64,000 bases of DNA from Coniocarpon cinnabarinum (Eukaryota). Every line of letters begins with the position of its first letter. Positions within the stretch are counted from its first letter, which is position 1. Under the pieces are notes generated by a model. The model saw only the letters and a list, made by a program, of their open reading frames with translations. It was not told where the DNA came from and made no database searches. The DNA is taken from the NCBI GenBank assembly GCA_051942205.1, contig JAVECO010000028.1, positions 62,001 through 126,000 of the forward strand, in the 5' to 3' direction. The position numbers were made by a program, and so were the translations under genes. This document shows, one piece after another, positions 38,828 through 50,947 of this stretch.

Positions 38828-41746
38828 CGTGGATGCGAAACGGGTCACCGTTGCGTGGCGTCCAAGGAGTTCGTAGAAGGTCGTTGTGGATGAGGGTGAC
38901 GTGGAGCGTGTCTTGCCAGACAAAAGGACTGTGCTTTCGACTACTTGTCTTTGCCCCTATTCAGTGGTCAAGGCTGCTCAAATACCGTGTAATTGGCAAT
39001 ATCATAGGCGCTACTCACAATACTGAATTGTGTCACCCGATGTACGGTCGAGATGGAACCAACGTCCCCGGTGCCTAAGGGGTACCCACTAGTATTGTTA
39101 GTTGACGTACTTTCCCTGCCTTCAGCTTGCCGTTCCAGTGCCTGACTCGGTGGGCCAGGAGGTCAGTACGAATGTTGAACCGTCAGGCTTACATTGTTGC
39201 GGCTGATAGCCTGATATCAGACTACAGAACTGTTGATGGGCTTAAGGGGTAGGCAAAATCAAATAAGGTAAAGACTAGAACGTACCTAACAAGCTTCAAT
39301 AGTCTAAAGCGAAGTACTAGCTGATATTGCGAGTATTTCGGACTAAGTAATTGAAAACTCCAGCTACGGCAGGCTCAGCACCGACCTTTTATGTACCTAC
39401 TGAGACTGCGGCGGTGATGAGCACAGACGTGCGAACGTAGGAAGCACACGAGCACAGAACACCGATCTAACAATCTTCCGATCGGTGCTCATGCTACAGC
39501 ATGGCATGGCACGGCACGATTGAGGCTCGACGATAAGCCTGGCGACTTCCGCAGCCGGATTCGGGTCCATGTAGGCAACCAGGTTGCGTGTGTAAGGGTT
39601 CTGATAGCGAGAGCAGGTTTGCAGTGATGACTGTGAAGACAGAGATGATTGATACAGGCGTCAAGCTGTCGTATGACTCCCAAAAGAGTCCAGAACTTGG
39701 ATGATCATAGTCAACAGAGAGTCAGTTCGGGGGAAAATTCGCAATCATTTTCGCTCACTGAAGTGAGGCACAGGTACCTGCGCACTGGTAGAACATGGAC
39801 ATGCCGCCTTACGCTGTGAACGGTTGCAGCAATACTAACAGAGATAAATTAATCTACGAAGCCCAGCCTCTCACCGGCAGTCGAGATAATCGGAAGAAAA
39901 ATATGCTCTTGGCTGCATGCTGGATGCAAAGACACTGAACGCTGTACAAGTCGTGGAGAGCGGGAGCATCACCGATTTTAAGTAGGAATACGCTCGATAC
40001 GGATGTTGTCTTTTGCCGCGGCGTAATAGATGTTTTTTTGCGGCGCAGCTAGACCGCGGGGATGCAGTGAAATGTTCATCTTGGCCCCGTTCGGATCTTG
40101 CCAGATCTTGGTACAGGTGTTGAAGCTGGGTGTCAATGGAAGCTTAGTCATGATAGCTTCACCAACTTACTCAGACTCGGAATGAAGCGTCGGAAGCAAA
40201 GGAGATGTGTTGCGTTGGGCAACAGGTCGTGCTGCAAACGACTGTGGTCGGCGAGAGAGATTGTTCAAAGCCGCGAAACGATGAAACTGTGACACGTCTC
40301 TCCACATGAAAGTGCGGATTGACCGTTCCACAATTGCACCTGTTCTCTCAGCCGACTTCCAGGGTCTTCTGCAAGAGACGAAAACGTCTGCGCTTGCTTG
40401 GAGAAGTTGGATACATACCGGCCGCTAATTTGGCATGAGTGATAGCTGTGCAAACGCAGAGGCGAGGCACCATATCTCAACTTCCGATGATTCCGGGAGA
40501 GTGCTATCATCCAATGGCTACATTCACCATTGGCGTAAGGTACGCAGCGTTCCCAGAAGACGAGGATTAGACCAAAGCAACAATTGACACCACAGACCCT
40601 TATGAGCTACACATCGATTGGCAAGCTTGTAGGAAACGTAGTGGCGAGTAGATTGTTCGAGACTTGGGTCTGGCGATGCAAATGATTCCTCTAGTGCCTT
40701 GTTAGACCGACGAAATCGGAAGTAGTACCCGATCGTCCTAACGTATTGCTCATGCTGGCTCCTTCCACAATCAATCTTCGTTATTCAGACAGATATCATC
40801 GTTGAAGCGCCTTGGGATGCTGGTGCGAGTCGACATCCTGCGTCGATATGTGGCATGTGACCCGCCAGGTAATCAGACACTTTCGTAATTTGCCACAGCT
40901 CTAGCCTCGTAGCTTTGGGCGGCACAGTAGTGCAGGACTGGGACGACTTCCATTTCCCCGACTTTCAGCGCAAGATTCTAGTCCGTGGTAGCTGCGTTGA
41001 AAATCTTAAGCTCTTACAGCTTAGTTTGTGATGGACTGTGTGAGTAAGCCGACGGCGGTATTTTCCATCGTCTTTCGATCGGGTTTAAGACTTTGGGAAC
41101 ATATTGTGAGCAGCAATCACCTCCATGCACAACTCACACAGCACGCTAATATTATTCAGTCGAGTACCCCCCAGTTTTGACTTGCAGCTTCTTCGCCACA
41201 TCAAGCAGCTGCGAGACGGTAGGAACACTGTCCACAATGCAAGTCTTCAAAACCCGCATAAGATGCGTCTGCCTCTTGTGTGCACCACGTATCAGAAAAG
41301 ATAAATGTTCTGAATGTAATAGGAAACCCTTATAGATGAGAAATCTCTCGGGGGTGGCAAGTGCTTGTATTGCAGACGAAAGTGTCGTCCATAATGAACT
41401 AACAGTAACAAAGTCAACTTCCGGTCTCGGCACAATTTCCTACTGCAAGTGTTGGCATGTCGAGATGACAACATCTGCGGTCCTGCAGCATTCGTGTCCC
41501 AGCTCAGACCAATCGTTAGGGAACCAGAAGAACGCAAATACGTGGTTGTGATGGACCCCAGAGAAGAGACCAAATGGTAGATTCAAATTAGAGCGAAGAG
41601 TGTGTATGTAGTCGTTTCCCGACGCCTCGCTATGCATCGCATTACATCTTATGCTGATCGATCGTCTGCTCATAATCAAACCCTACGGTTGTTTAAATAA
41701 CGTCGACATTAAAACTGCTTTCGAAGTGGGGTGACGGAGTTGTGCC

Positions 41747-44170
41747 TCATGCTGAGCTGTCTTGGGTTGCTGCGCTGACCGCCAATGACTGCTCATCGGG
41801 CGCAACTTTCACAATAGCAGTCTGACCGCTCCTGATATGCCCCTTGATAATGGCATCCGCAAGATGATTGCCGATCTGCTTTGAGATAAGCCGGTTCAAC
41901 GGCCTGGCACCGTACTTCGGATCGTAGCCGCGCTCACAGAGCCAACTTCTAGCATATTGTGACACGTCCAAGGTAATTCTTCGCTCGTCAAGACGCTGTT
42001 GAAGCTCTCGCAACCGAATGTCTAGGATGTCTCGTAGAGCGTGCCGCGACAGCCGACAGAAGATGATGAACTCGTCTATCCGATTGAGGAACTCCGGCGG
42101 GTAGCTGGTTTGCACGATATCCATAACGGCCTTCTTGGCCTCTGCTGGAATTTCTGGCTCTGAGGACCGGCTGGCAACGTCTTTGGCTAGTGCGTTCTCG
42201 TCGCCTGCCACGAGGACTTCCGCACCCAAGTTTGATGTAAGGACGATGATTGTGTTTCTGAAATCCACTTTGTGACCCTGCGCATCCGTCAGGAATCCCT
42301 CGTCGAGCACTTGGAGTAACAAAGTCGATATATCTCTGTGTGCTTTCTCAAATTCGTCGAAGAGGAGGACCGCATAAGGCTTTCTCCTCACGGCCTCCGT
42401 CAGCTGTCCGGCATCTTCGTAGCCGACATAGCCAGCCGGCGATCCGATCAGTCGAGACACTGTGTGTTTTTCGGAGAACTCGGACATATCGAAGCGGATG
42501 ACAGCGTCGGACGTAGAGAAGAGGAAGTTAGCGAGGTTCTTGCACAACTCAGTCTTGCCCACACCTGTTGGACCAAGGAACATGAAACTGGCGATAGGTC
42601 GGTTCTCCCCAGATAGGCCAGCGCGTTGCATGCGCACAGCATTTGCGACGGCTTCCAAGGCTTCATCCTGTCCGCGTACATGCTGCGCTAGAGAATCTTC
42701 CATGTGTATCAACTTCTCGACCTCGCCCGACATGAGCTTTGTCACCGGAATGCCTGTGGTGCGTGACACTACATTGGCGATATCGTCGGCTGTCACCGAG
42801 TCATGGATCATTGTCTCACCATTCTTGGTATTACGATCGGCACCTGGCTGAGGCAATCTTGTCTGCAAAGAAGGTATGACTGAATATTGAAGCTCCCCAG
42901 CACGACGGAAGTTGCCTTCACGTTGGGCTTTTTCCAAGTCAACCTTGGCCTGTTCAAGCTCCTCTTGAGCATTTTTTATGTCTTCGATCTCTTTCCTCTC
43001 CGTCTCCCATTTTTCGTTGAGCTGTTGAACACTGTCTTGTTTTATCTCCAAGCTCTTTTCAAGCTTCTGCCTCCGCTCGACAGATGCTACATCATCTTCC
43101 TTTCGAAGTGATTCCAGTTCAATCTGAATTGTCATAATTTGCCTGTCAAGCTCCTGAATTGCGTCTGGCTTGCTCTCTTGCTGTAGACGCAACGCTGATG
43201 CTGCCTCATCAATCAAATCGATGGCCTTGTCAGGCAGGAAACGATCGGTGATGTATCGATTAGAATAGGTCGCAGCGGCTACAAGAGCCCCGTCTGTGAT
43301 ACGAACACCGTGATGTACTTCATACTTGTCTTTGATACCACGGAGGATGGAAATGGTATCTTGCATTGTTGGCTCGCCGATAAGGATGGGTTGGAAACGT
43401 CTTGCGAGCGCTACATCCTTTTCAATCTGCCGATACTCATTGAGAGTCGTTGCGCCGCAGCATTGCAGTTCCCCTCTTGATAATGCCGGCTTCAACAGGT
43501 TGCTTGCGTCAATGCTCCCTTCAGCTTTGCCGAGTCCGAGTAAGGTGTGCAGTTCATCGACGAAAAGTATGACTCCGCCGTGGGCTTCTTCCACCTCCTT
43601 TAGTACCTTCTTGAGCCGCTCTTCAAAGTCACCCCTAAACTTTGCTCCAGCAATTAATTGTCCGAGGTCGAGCGCGATCACCTTTTTGTCTTTTATGCTC
43701 TCTGGAACATCGCCACGCACAATCCTCTGCGCTAGTCCTTCCAGAATGGCTGTCTTGCCGGTTCCAGCGCTACCAATCATGACAGGGTTGTTCTTCGTTC
43801 GTCGTGAAAGGATTTGGATAGTTCTGTGGATTTCTGCATCCCGTCCAATGACCGGATCAAGCTTTCCTGCCTGGGCTCGTGATGTCAGATCGATGCCGTA
43901 CTGCTCGAGTGCGGACTTCTCGGGTTCGCCACCCAGGTTCATCTGATGAGTCCCGCCGGGTGGATGTGGCCGGCGTGCGCTATTCCCTGTGGCATAGCTG
44001 CGATGTGGTGCATAATAGCTTGGCAGTCTTCTAGCAGAAGGTGCAGGTCGTCCACCATGGCTGCTGGAGGCTGAGGAGAAAGACCGTGAGATGGAGCGGC
44101 TTGACAATTGATGAGAAATAGCAGAGCGACTACGCAACGGTGCTAGTCTGCTGATCTTTGCTGCGTTCAT
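41747..44170 (-). CDS. HSP78: Mitochondrial ClpB-type disaggregase Hsp78
   Basis: Arg/Ser-rich presequence and no ClpB N-domain. LDPVIGR, Walker A motifs GSAGTGKT and [36 protein letters not shown]. Confidence 0.96.
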   Translation of the reverse strand: MNAAKISRLAPLRSRSAISHQLSSRSISRSFSSASSSHGGRPAPSARRLPSYYAPHRSYATGNSARRPHPPGGTHQMNLGGEPEKSALEQYGIDLTSRAQAGKLDPVIGRDAEIHRTIQILSRRTKNNPVMIGSAGTGKTAILEGLAQRIVRGDVPESIKDKKVIALDLGQLIAGAKFRGDFEERLKKVLKEVEEAHGGVILFVDELHTLLGLGKAEGSIDASNLLKPALSRGELQCCGATTLNEYRQIEKDVALARRFQPILIGEPTMQDTISILRGIKDKYEVHHGVRITDGALVAAATYSNRYITDRFLPDKAIDLIDEAASALRLQQESKPDAIQELDRQIMTIQIELESLRKEDDVASVERRQKLEKSLEIKQDSVQQLNEKWETERKEIEDIKNAQEELEQAKVDLEKAQREGNFRRAGELQYSVIPSLQTRLPQPGADRNTKNGETMIHDSVTADDIANVVSRTTGIPVTKLMSGEVEKLIHMEDSLAQHVRGQDEALEAVANAVRMQRAGLSGENRPIASFMFLGPTGVGKTELCKNLANFLFSTSDAVIRFDMSEFSEKHTVSRLIGSPAGYVGYEDAGQLTEAVRRKPYAVLLFDEFEKAHRDISTLLLQVLDEGFLTDAQGHKVDFRNTIIVLTSNLGAEVLVAGDENALAKDVASRSSEPEIPAEAKKAVMDIVQTSYPPEFLNRIDEFIIFCRLSRHALRDILDIRLRELQQRLDERRITLDVSQYARSWLCERGYDPKYGARPLNRLISKQIGNHLADAIIKGHIRSGQTAIVKVAPDEQSLAVSAATQDSSA

Positions 44171-44421
44171 GACGGAAACTCTTGTATATGAATACTCCAA
44201 TCCCCACGGGAAACTCGACGGAAAGAAGTATCCAATGGTATCGGATGCTATCTCATCGATACCATTTGGCTCATCTGATGAGACTTCCAAGGTAAGATGT
44301 GGTCCTCGACTGTATCAGTCCACGCTGGATGAGCAGTATTCTTGATGGATGTTCAGAAGAAGGGCGAAGTACTGTGTTGCTCGACAGACAGAGATGGATG
44401 GAGATGGCTCCACCTCGGCCG

Positions 44422-44436
44422 AGAACGTTCGAGCAA
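44422..44436. promoter_or_regulatory. Candidate heat-shock element in the HSP78/TMA20 divergent promoter
   Basis: aGAAcgTTCgaGCA gives nGAAnnTTCn plus an imperfect third unit, about 250 nt upstream of the HSP78 ATG. Confidence 0.35.
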
Positions 44437-44581
44437 CCAATAGCGTGCGTCATGGCCGTCAGCCGGGCATCATGACTCGCGCGCCCTTCTCCCCTAGGTG
44501 GGGCATGACTTGAATTTCCATTTCACAATGGTCAATCCTAGATAGACTGTCGCACACCCTCGTGGTTGCAAACTATCTAAG

Positions 44582-45203
44582 ATGTTCAAAAAAGAGTAAG
44601 CAGGGCCTCAAACTGAGTGTGCAGTCACCTGCTAACACCACCAGAATGGCCCCGGGCCAACGCAGCAAGCTCAAGTCCTCCGCCCAACGCGCCGTCCGCA
44701 CCAAATTCCTCGAGACGTACCCCCAGCTCGAACCGCACATCGACGGCATCATCCCCAAGAAAGAGCAGCTCGACATCATGAAACTGCCAAACCGCTGCAG
44801 CTTGTACACCCTGGGCTCCAGACCGCTCTTCTATCAGCACATGGATGACGATCTTGTGCCGCATCTCAAGCTGGTGCACCAATACCCTGACTTCTTCCCG
44901 CGCATGCGAGTGGACCGCGGCGCGATACGCTTCGTGATGGGTGGAGCAGCGCTCATGACGCCGGGAATGACAAGCCCAGGGGGGCGGCTACCGCAGGATG
45001 GCAAGGAAGATGCGCGATGGTCGGCGCAGGAAGAGCTGGAACCAGGAAGGGTGGTTATTGTGGAAGCAGAGGGGAAAGAAATGGCGTGTGCAGTAGGACC
45101 ACTGGTGATGGGGACGCAGGAGATGAGGGAGAAGAAAAAGGGAGTGGCAATAGAGATGCCACATTATCTTGGAGACGGACTGTGGAAGATGGGGTTGGAT
45201 TAA
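44582..45203 (+). CDS. TMA20: Translation machinery-associated protein 20 (MCTS1, PUA domain)
   Basis: MFKK|E...SKLKSSAQR (intron 44596-44644), PHLKLVHQYP, VDRGAIRFVMGGAALMTPG, HYLGDGLW. Confidence 0.93.
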
Positions 45204-45405
45204 CCAGAGTCTCAACTTCAATTATACACCATCAGACGAGACAGCAGTTGATCGAAAATGCTCAGGATAGCACGTGCTCGGCGTCTCGCTTTTCATGATC
45301 CCACATGCACGCCAACGCCACCCGGGCGTATCCTCCTAACGAGAAATCATTTGCTTCAGAGACGCACCGATGCCAGGTTCCAGACCAGCTTGAAAGATAT
45401 TCAAA

Positions 45406-46033
45406 CTAGAAAGGAGGCGGAGGGCACTTGTTCAGGTTCTCTGGCAGAATGTGGGTTGTGTTACAATTGAGCAGCTTCGTACACAGTATTTTTGGCTGAA
45501 TATCCTCGAGGCTCTTGCAGCCATGGCCAAGCACTAGACGGTCAGCCGATGTCAATACTGTCAAACATTGGATTGACTCGCCTTCATCATACAGCAACGA
45601 TGTATGCACAGGGCCGGAACAGTCTGAGCTTGTCCATAAGCCTATGGAGCAGTGTGGCGGATGCGCACAACCTTCTCCAGTGCCCTTTTGGGCGCTGCTC
45701 AATATTAGCTTCGTCATGTGGAACTTACGTTAAGTCGTAGTTTCAAGACATTGCCAAGGGGCACTGCGGCACTCAGTGCGCACGCGGCTTCATCAGAGGA
45801 TTGAGAGTCAGGAGAAATGCGTACATAATACCCTTCATTCCTAGTGGAAACACTGACAAGTCGTTCCAACAGTCGGGAAAAGATGGCTGGAGAGATGAGC
45901 GATATGCGGTCGGGTTTTTGCAATTTGGATTGTCATAGTACTGCATCATATAGACATCGCCGTGGACCGGAGAAAGTCGAAGCAGAATCGAAAAGGCGAC
46001 CATGACAACATATTTGGCAGATACAGACAGCAT
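45406..46033 (-). CDS. Small secreted cysteine-rich protein, paralog A (149 aa, 9 Cys), family unrecognised
   Basis: Exons 45825-46033, 45582-45694, 45406-45533 (GT-AG intron 45695-45824; GC-AG intron 45534-45581). Signal peptide ending SPVHG. The spliced product aligns with paralog B at 49858-50353. Confidence 0.75.
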
Positions 46034-46637
46034 TTTTAGACTGTCTATGCGAAGTGCGACAAAGCCAAAGGTTCGGCGAATCTGATAACTGGGGAAATAT
46101 GAGATGAGCTTGACTTCTGCTTCTACTTGTGTGAATGATATTTCTGAGGTTGGGGAAAGTATCTTCATTGCGGAGAGCATCTTGCTTAATATACCTTGTC
46201 GGACACAAGGGAAGTAGCGGGACAGTTGACGTTGAAGGCGCATACCAGAGCGTCTAAAGCCTACAGCACTCGAGGAGCCGAACAGCCGCGTTAACACGAT
46301 GTCAAAAACCGCGTCTTCTCGATGCAATGATGCTTGTGTTCACCACGCCGAATAACGTGTGAACTTATTGTTGGTTTAAAGGTCCTGAAATAGCGCCAAC
46401 AATGGTAATGCAGGTCGCGCAGAGTCATCGCTATGCAACAGCACTCTGTCGACAAAATGGTGTCGGCGGCAAGCTGCTGCGGAAGGACGGAGATGCCGCA
46501 AATGTATCCGGTTTGAGGCGTCATCATGCGTCCTGCAAAGGTTGCAAGAGGACTGAGAGGCGCGCAAAAGCGACGTGATGACGACTTCGACTTCGCCAAT
46601 GCCAACCGTCCTCTGTTTCAAGACACTGTTGGAATAT

Positions 46638-47046
46638 TTACGCCTTGAATTCATTGACTTTAACGGTCTTCGTTGCCTCAAGGACTAAGAATTTCTTCTG
46701 GCTTTCCATCGCTGCGGTTTGGACTTCGGGCTCCATTTGCTTTGCGTACATCTGTGCTCACCTCTCATTAGTCTATACGATCTATTGCACTCTGTCAAGA
46801 GCGTGTGATTACCTTCTGTAATGCTGCTTCATCCTCAAATTCCATGCGCACGACACAATCATGGTCGGGCGCGCTGCCGTGGAGCGCAGGCTGCGTACTA
46901 TCGACGTAATATCGCGTCATTCTGGGTAACGCGTCGCCAAATGTTTCTCGCATCATGGGCATGTGTTCATTTTCGGCAATGGCAACGAACTCAGCATGAG
47001 AGAGCGTAGGGAGGCGTTTGATGTAAGAAAGGAGGGTGACGGTCAT
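46638..47046 (-). CDS. EthD-domain (dimeric alpha-beta barrel) protein, 115 aa
   Basis: TLLSYIKRLPTLSHAEF...ENEHMPM...RYY...DHDCVVRMEFEDEAA. Intron 46752-46812. Exon 2 contains ESQKKFL. Confidence 0.8.
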
Positions 47047-47432
47047 ATTCAATGCTACGAACTGTGAAGCTTGGAGGTCTACAAAGCATGGGAGCGTGCA
47101 TCTGCTTTAAATGCGCAGGTAAGGAATGCTGCAGACAAGTCGACGTCACCGAGACGTCTGAAGTCCATGGAGCAAAGAATTCGAGCAGGTCGTGAAGGAT
47201 TGTTAGGTCGGATGCATATCTCGGTATGGTCTCGTGTGAGCAGGTAGGTTTGTAGCTCGCGCTAATTCGAATGCGTTCAATGCTCGTGATTCGGGGTGCA
47301 AGGATGGGTGACGTCGGTGTACTTCGCAATGTCTGCCTAGTCTGCCAACAATCGAGCATAAGGATACTATTTAGGTCTTTCCCTTTACTCAAGTCTAATT
47401 CAAATGAGAACGAAAGCCGAGCAGAACTCAAT

Positions 47433-47820
47433 ATGCCTCTTATCGACCCGGTCACTCAGAGCCAGCAAAATTCCCCATCCAACAGTGTCAGCCAACCCAA
47501 CCAAAGCGATGATCTCGACGAACTGAGACTCCAAACCATGGGCAAGACTTTGGGCGAGGAAGCGAATGAGACTGTGAGTCAGAGTTGCTGCACCGGATGG
47601 TACTCGCATCTTATTGATAATACAGACGTTCGCAAAGAAAGATCTACCAACAAACACACGTGTCGTCAACGAGGGCGACTTCGTGACCCAAGACCATCAG
47701 CCTGACCGGTAAGTGTTACTGTGTCGTGATTGACACAGAATTACTTGCTAAGCTTGACGCGCCAGAACAACCGTTCGCGTGGGCGAAGATGGCACTGTAA
47801 AGGAGATCAAGAAAGGTTGA
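47433..47820 (+). CDS. Peptidase inhibitor I78 / potato-inhibitor-I-fold protein, 92 aa
   Basis: Exons 47433-47573, 47626-47708, 47766-47820 give MGKTLGEEANETTFAKKDLPTNTRVVNEGDFVTQDHQPDRTTVRVGEDGTVKEIKKG*. The RV..G..VTxD...DR..V......V.....G pattern matches the fold. Confidence 0.8.
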
Positions 47821-48052
47821 TGCCAACTTGCAGTGCCCGGAAAGCTCTGGGAGAGGCTTTGGTTTTGGCGTTCACGATGACAAGCAAGCATGCGTGTCAA
47901 TGTTGGAGAACGGGAAACGGAGTTGTGTTTGCACTCTTCAACGACCAATACCAAAAATGACAGCGATTAATGAGCGCTCTCATCGCCTGTGCCAAACCTG
48001 TTGCCCAGTCGACCTCCCTGCGCTTGACAACGTATCGAGCTATTGCACCTGC

Positions 48053-48964
48053 TCATGGCGCTTGGACACCGTCAAAGTGATACTTGCAATCTTTCTCGTG
48101 TGCAGCGTTGTCGCCACGGCGGATCTTATCGTAGTCGGCGCCGCAGAGAAAGCAGAACTCGTAGCTGCATATCCCTGTCATTCATCACATCAGCTGTGGC
48201 GGTCGTGATGGACAGTATTCTTTATTTCTCCGATAGACGAATGTGAACACTAACATAACGGATGCAGTCAAATGTGAAATATATAAGGTCTACCTACTGC
48301 CTGCAAGGTGCTGTCAATATCCCAGGATGCATAACATAGCTACAGAAGACTTACATGTCATATGATCACAACCGCCGTTCTTCTCAATGCCGATCCCGCA
48401 GCTTGGGCATTTACGGCCGATATTCTCAATAAGAGTCGTCGTTCCAGCATCACGGCCCTTATACTCCTCGCAGGTGAGACGTTCGTGCCACGGCACGCCG
48501 CAATTGACACAAGATCTCTTTGCACAGCTTTCGCAAGTGAATATCGGGTTTTCATTACCCCCTGAATGGAGTTGACCCGATTTGCATTTTGGCTGTAAGC
48601 ACCACTGAAAATCTGACATCGATGATAGTTGATGAACAAGTAAAGCGTGATCAAACATGTCAAAGGTCTCCCTCTTAGCTAGGAATTTCACTTCGTTGTA
48701 GTCGAGCGCAATACCGCATTGTGGGCATGTCACCTTTGGTAGGGTGTTGGAACTGACTTGGGTGTCAATCCACGTGTGAACGCACTTTGTGCAGGTGTCT
48801 TTCGAATGCTGGCATTGACAGCTTGGTAAGGCAGCTGGGTATTCTAGAGGTGCACGCTTGATAGCACAGATCACACACTCAGTCGCGTCTGGGTGTGGGT
48901 GCAGAGTTCGGAGCAACTGGATACATATATTAAATATGGAGAAGGGTTTGATCACGCTGTTCAT
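48053..48964 (-). CDS. Minimal RBR (RING1-IBR-RING2) E3 ubiquitin ligase, ~244 aa
   Basis: RING1 CVIC..CQH..CTKC..CPQC; IBR WC..C..CESC..CVNC..WH....C; RING2 CPSC..IEKNGGCDHMT-C-RICSYEFCFLC. Exons 48355-48964, 48298-48300, 48053-48174. Confidence 0.88.
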
Positions 48965-49857
48965 GGCTGGAATGAGCGCGGACACAGCGGCTTTGCAAAG
49001 ACATATTGCAAAGGCAATACAATGCCGGCATCCATCATGCAGTGAATCAAGCAAGAGGTTGATAACGGCGGGGAAAGGCAGATTTGTGGCGTATGTCTGT
49101 GGGATTGGGAAGAGGCCATTGGGCAGACTCTTCAGTATGTTTCCTCACAGCCTGGCAGCAAGCAAGCACTGCCTCTGAGCTGCAGGTTCTCAGCTAGGCC
49201 TTCAGGTGGCGCTTGTGTTCGAGCTGTCGGATCGGTGCAAACTTTCTGTTCAGGAACGGTGCTTTCAACTGTACGTACCTATTCAGGCAGATACCGTCAG
49301 ATCACGTGCTTCTGCGTCATCACAGTGTCACAAATCAACCGTCACGTGCAATTGCCGTCTGCGGAAACATCCCGGCAAACTTGAAACAAGTCCTTGCGCC
49401 TCACTTCGTTGCATCCGTCTATGTTCGTGGTCATGGCAGATGCCCTTCGCAGTACGCATTCATCTCGTGAGCATCTTCCACACGCAGACCCCACTCGAGT
49501 TCGCGCGTAGCGTTCACGGTAGTCGTAACTTGGACCATCCTCAAGGTCTACTTACGGCCATCTTTAGTTTCACATTACGGGACGCGCGTGGTCCGGAGCC
49601 CCATGGATCGCTGCTTGCCGTGCAAGATTCTTGAGATCCCGTGTTACGCTTCGCCCTTGCAGTGTCATTGATAAGCCAGTGTTCAAAGGCTCAAGCTGGG
49701 TCCAAACATTTCAAGATCTGGAAGTAGAAGATTATCGTATGTGCGCCCGAGTGGCCAAGTGGGGACTTCTGAGAGTTGCATTTCGTATCTCTTCTAGCAT
49801 ATCGTCTTGTCTCTACTTCCTTTTCTTGCCACATTTGAATGTTTTGCCAGTCTCAGG

Positions 49858-50353
49858 ATGAAGTCGGTTCGTGCACTATCGATCTTCGCCTTCCTCGCAA
49901 TTGCCCCCATCAAGATTGCTCTAGGAGACCAATATCAGCTAGTCTACTACGAGGACTCTGCCTGCTCGATTGGAGGTCTCGCTGGTATCCTGCAACCAAG
50001 CTGGCCGTACGACCACCCAGAATCTTAAGCTACTCAATTTCAAAGACTAGATCGATCTGACTTGATTCGACAGGCAATGTTTCAATGAGCCACCGTATGA
50101 TCTCGGCGGCTTCGAGGCCCTTAACTGCATCGGGCCCAACTGTGCACCTCCGCCTGGTTGCGCAATCGGCTTCTACGACGTGCCTGACTGCACGGGGAAC
50201 CCTGTCGCTACTCGGAATTGGAATTCTGTCGTTGGAAAGGGTTGCCAGCATATGGACCAATATAAGCAGGTAGTCCAGTGTGCTCAGCTTGTGGGATGCT
50301 CGCAGAATCCGAGCACTATACCGCCGCAGCACATCAGCGCATGTCCTCCTTGA
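49858..50353 (+). CDS. Small secreted cysteine-rich protein, paralog B (142 aa, 10 Cys), family unrecognised
   Basis: Exons 49858-50006 and 50074-50353 (intron GTACGA...CTGAC...CAG). Signal peptide MKSVRALSIFAFLAIAPIKIALG. Mature chain runs DQYQLVYYEDSAC...ISACPP*. Confidence 0.8.
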
Positions 50354-50947
50354 CCTACAACGGGATGCATGGTGTTGGGTATGAACAATAAGTCCGAGGC
50401 TTTGCGTGCTTTGACGCCATTACGACAACAAGAGATTGCAGTGGTGTCTTCATGCATGTTCTGTTTCTAGCAGGGGTTCTACAGGTATGGTACCATTTGT
50501 AGAAATGACAGGCAAATGAGATGCTTGGCGCTGCAATATTGGCTCCCGGCTGTTTTTGACATTGTGAAGATGCAAAGTATGTGATGAGGAATCGATTCGC
50601 CTCTGCGAAACAACGTGCACATGTTCGCGACTTCCCAACGAACAAATGAAGAGGCAGTGAAGAATCCATGTAGCGTAAATGCAGGCGCGAGTCATTGTTT
50701 GGGGGCCAGCGGTTCCAAATTTGGCCTCATCTGACGTCGGCAGCGATGTCATCTTGGGGCGGCCCGTGGATCCTGAAATACGGCAACAGTCTTTGATAAA
50801 GACCGTCGACGCTGCCACAATGGGCGACAAACTCTTTGGTTGGCACTGCTCGGTGCCAGTCTGTGCTAGGTACGTCTGAGTCTGCAGCCGAGAAACTTGA
50901 GGCTTGTCCCTCAAGATACACCCGTTTCCACAAGGCAAACGACTAGC

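Noticed and set aside
44171..44290. N-terminal extensions from non-ATG starts in the ORF track (HSP78, NAR1, ceramidase, LIM protein, protease)
   Set aside because: This is a eukaryotic locus, so the first suitable ATG matching the family N-terminus was used.
45726..45760. Extra internal exon in SSCP paralog A (CAG acceptor and GTAAGT donor)
   Set aside because: Including it introduces an in-frame TAA. The single 130-nt intron gives the product that aligns with paralog B.
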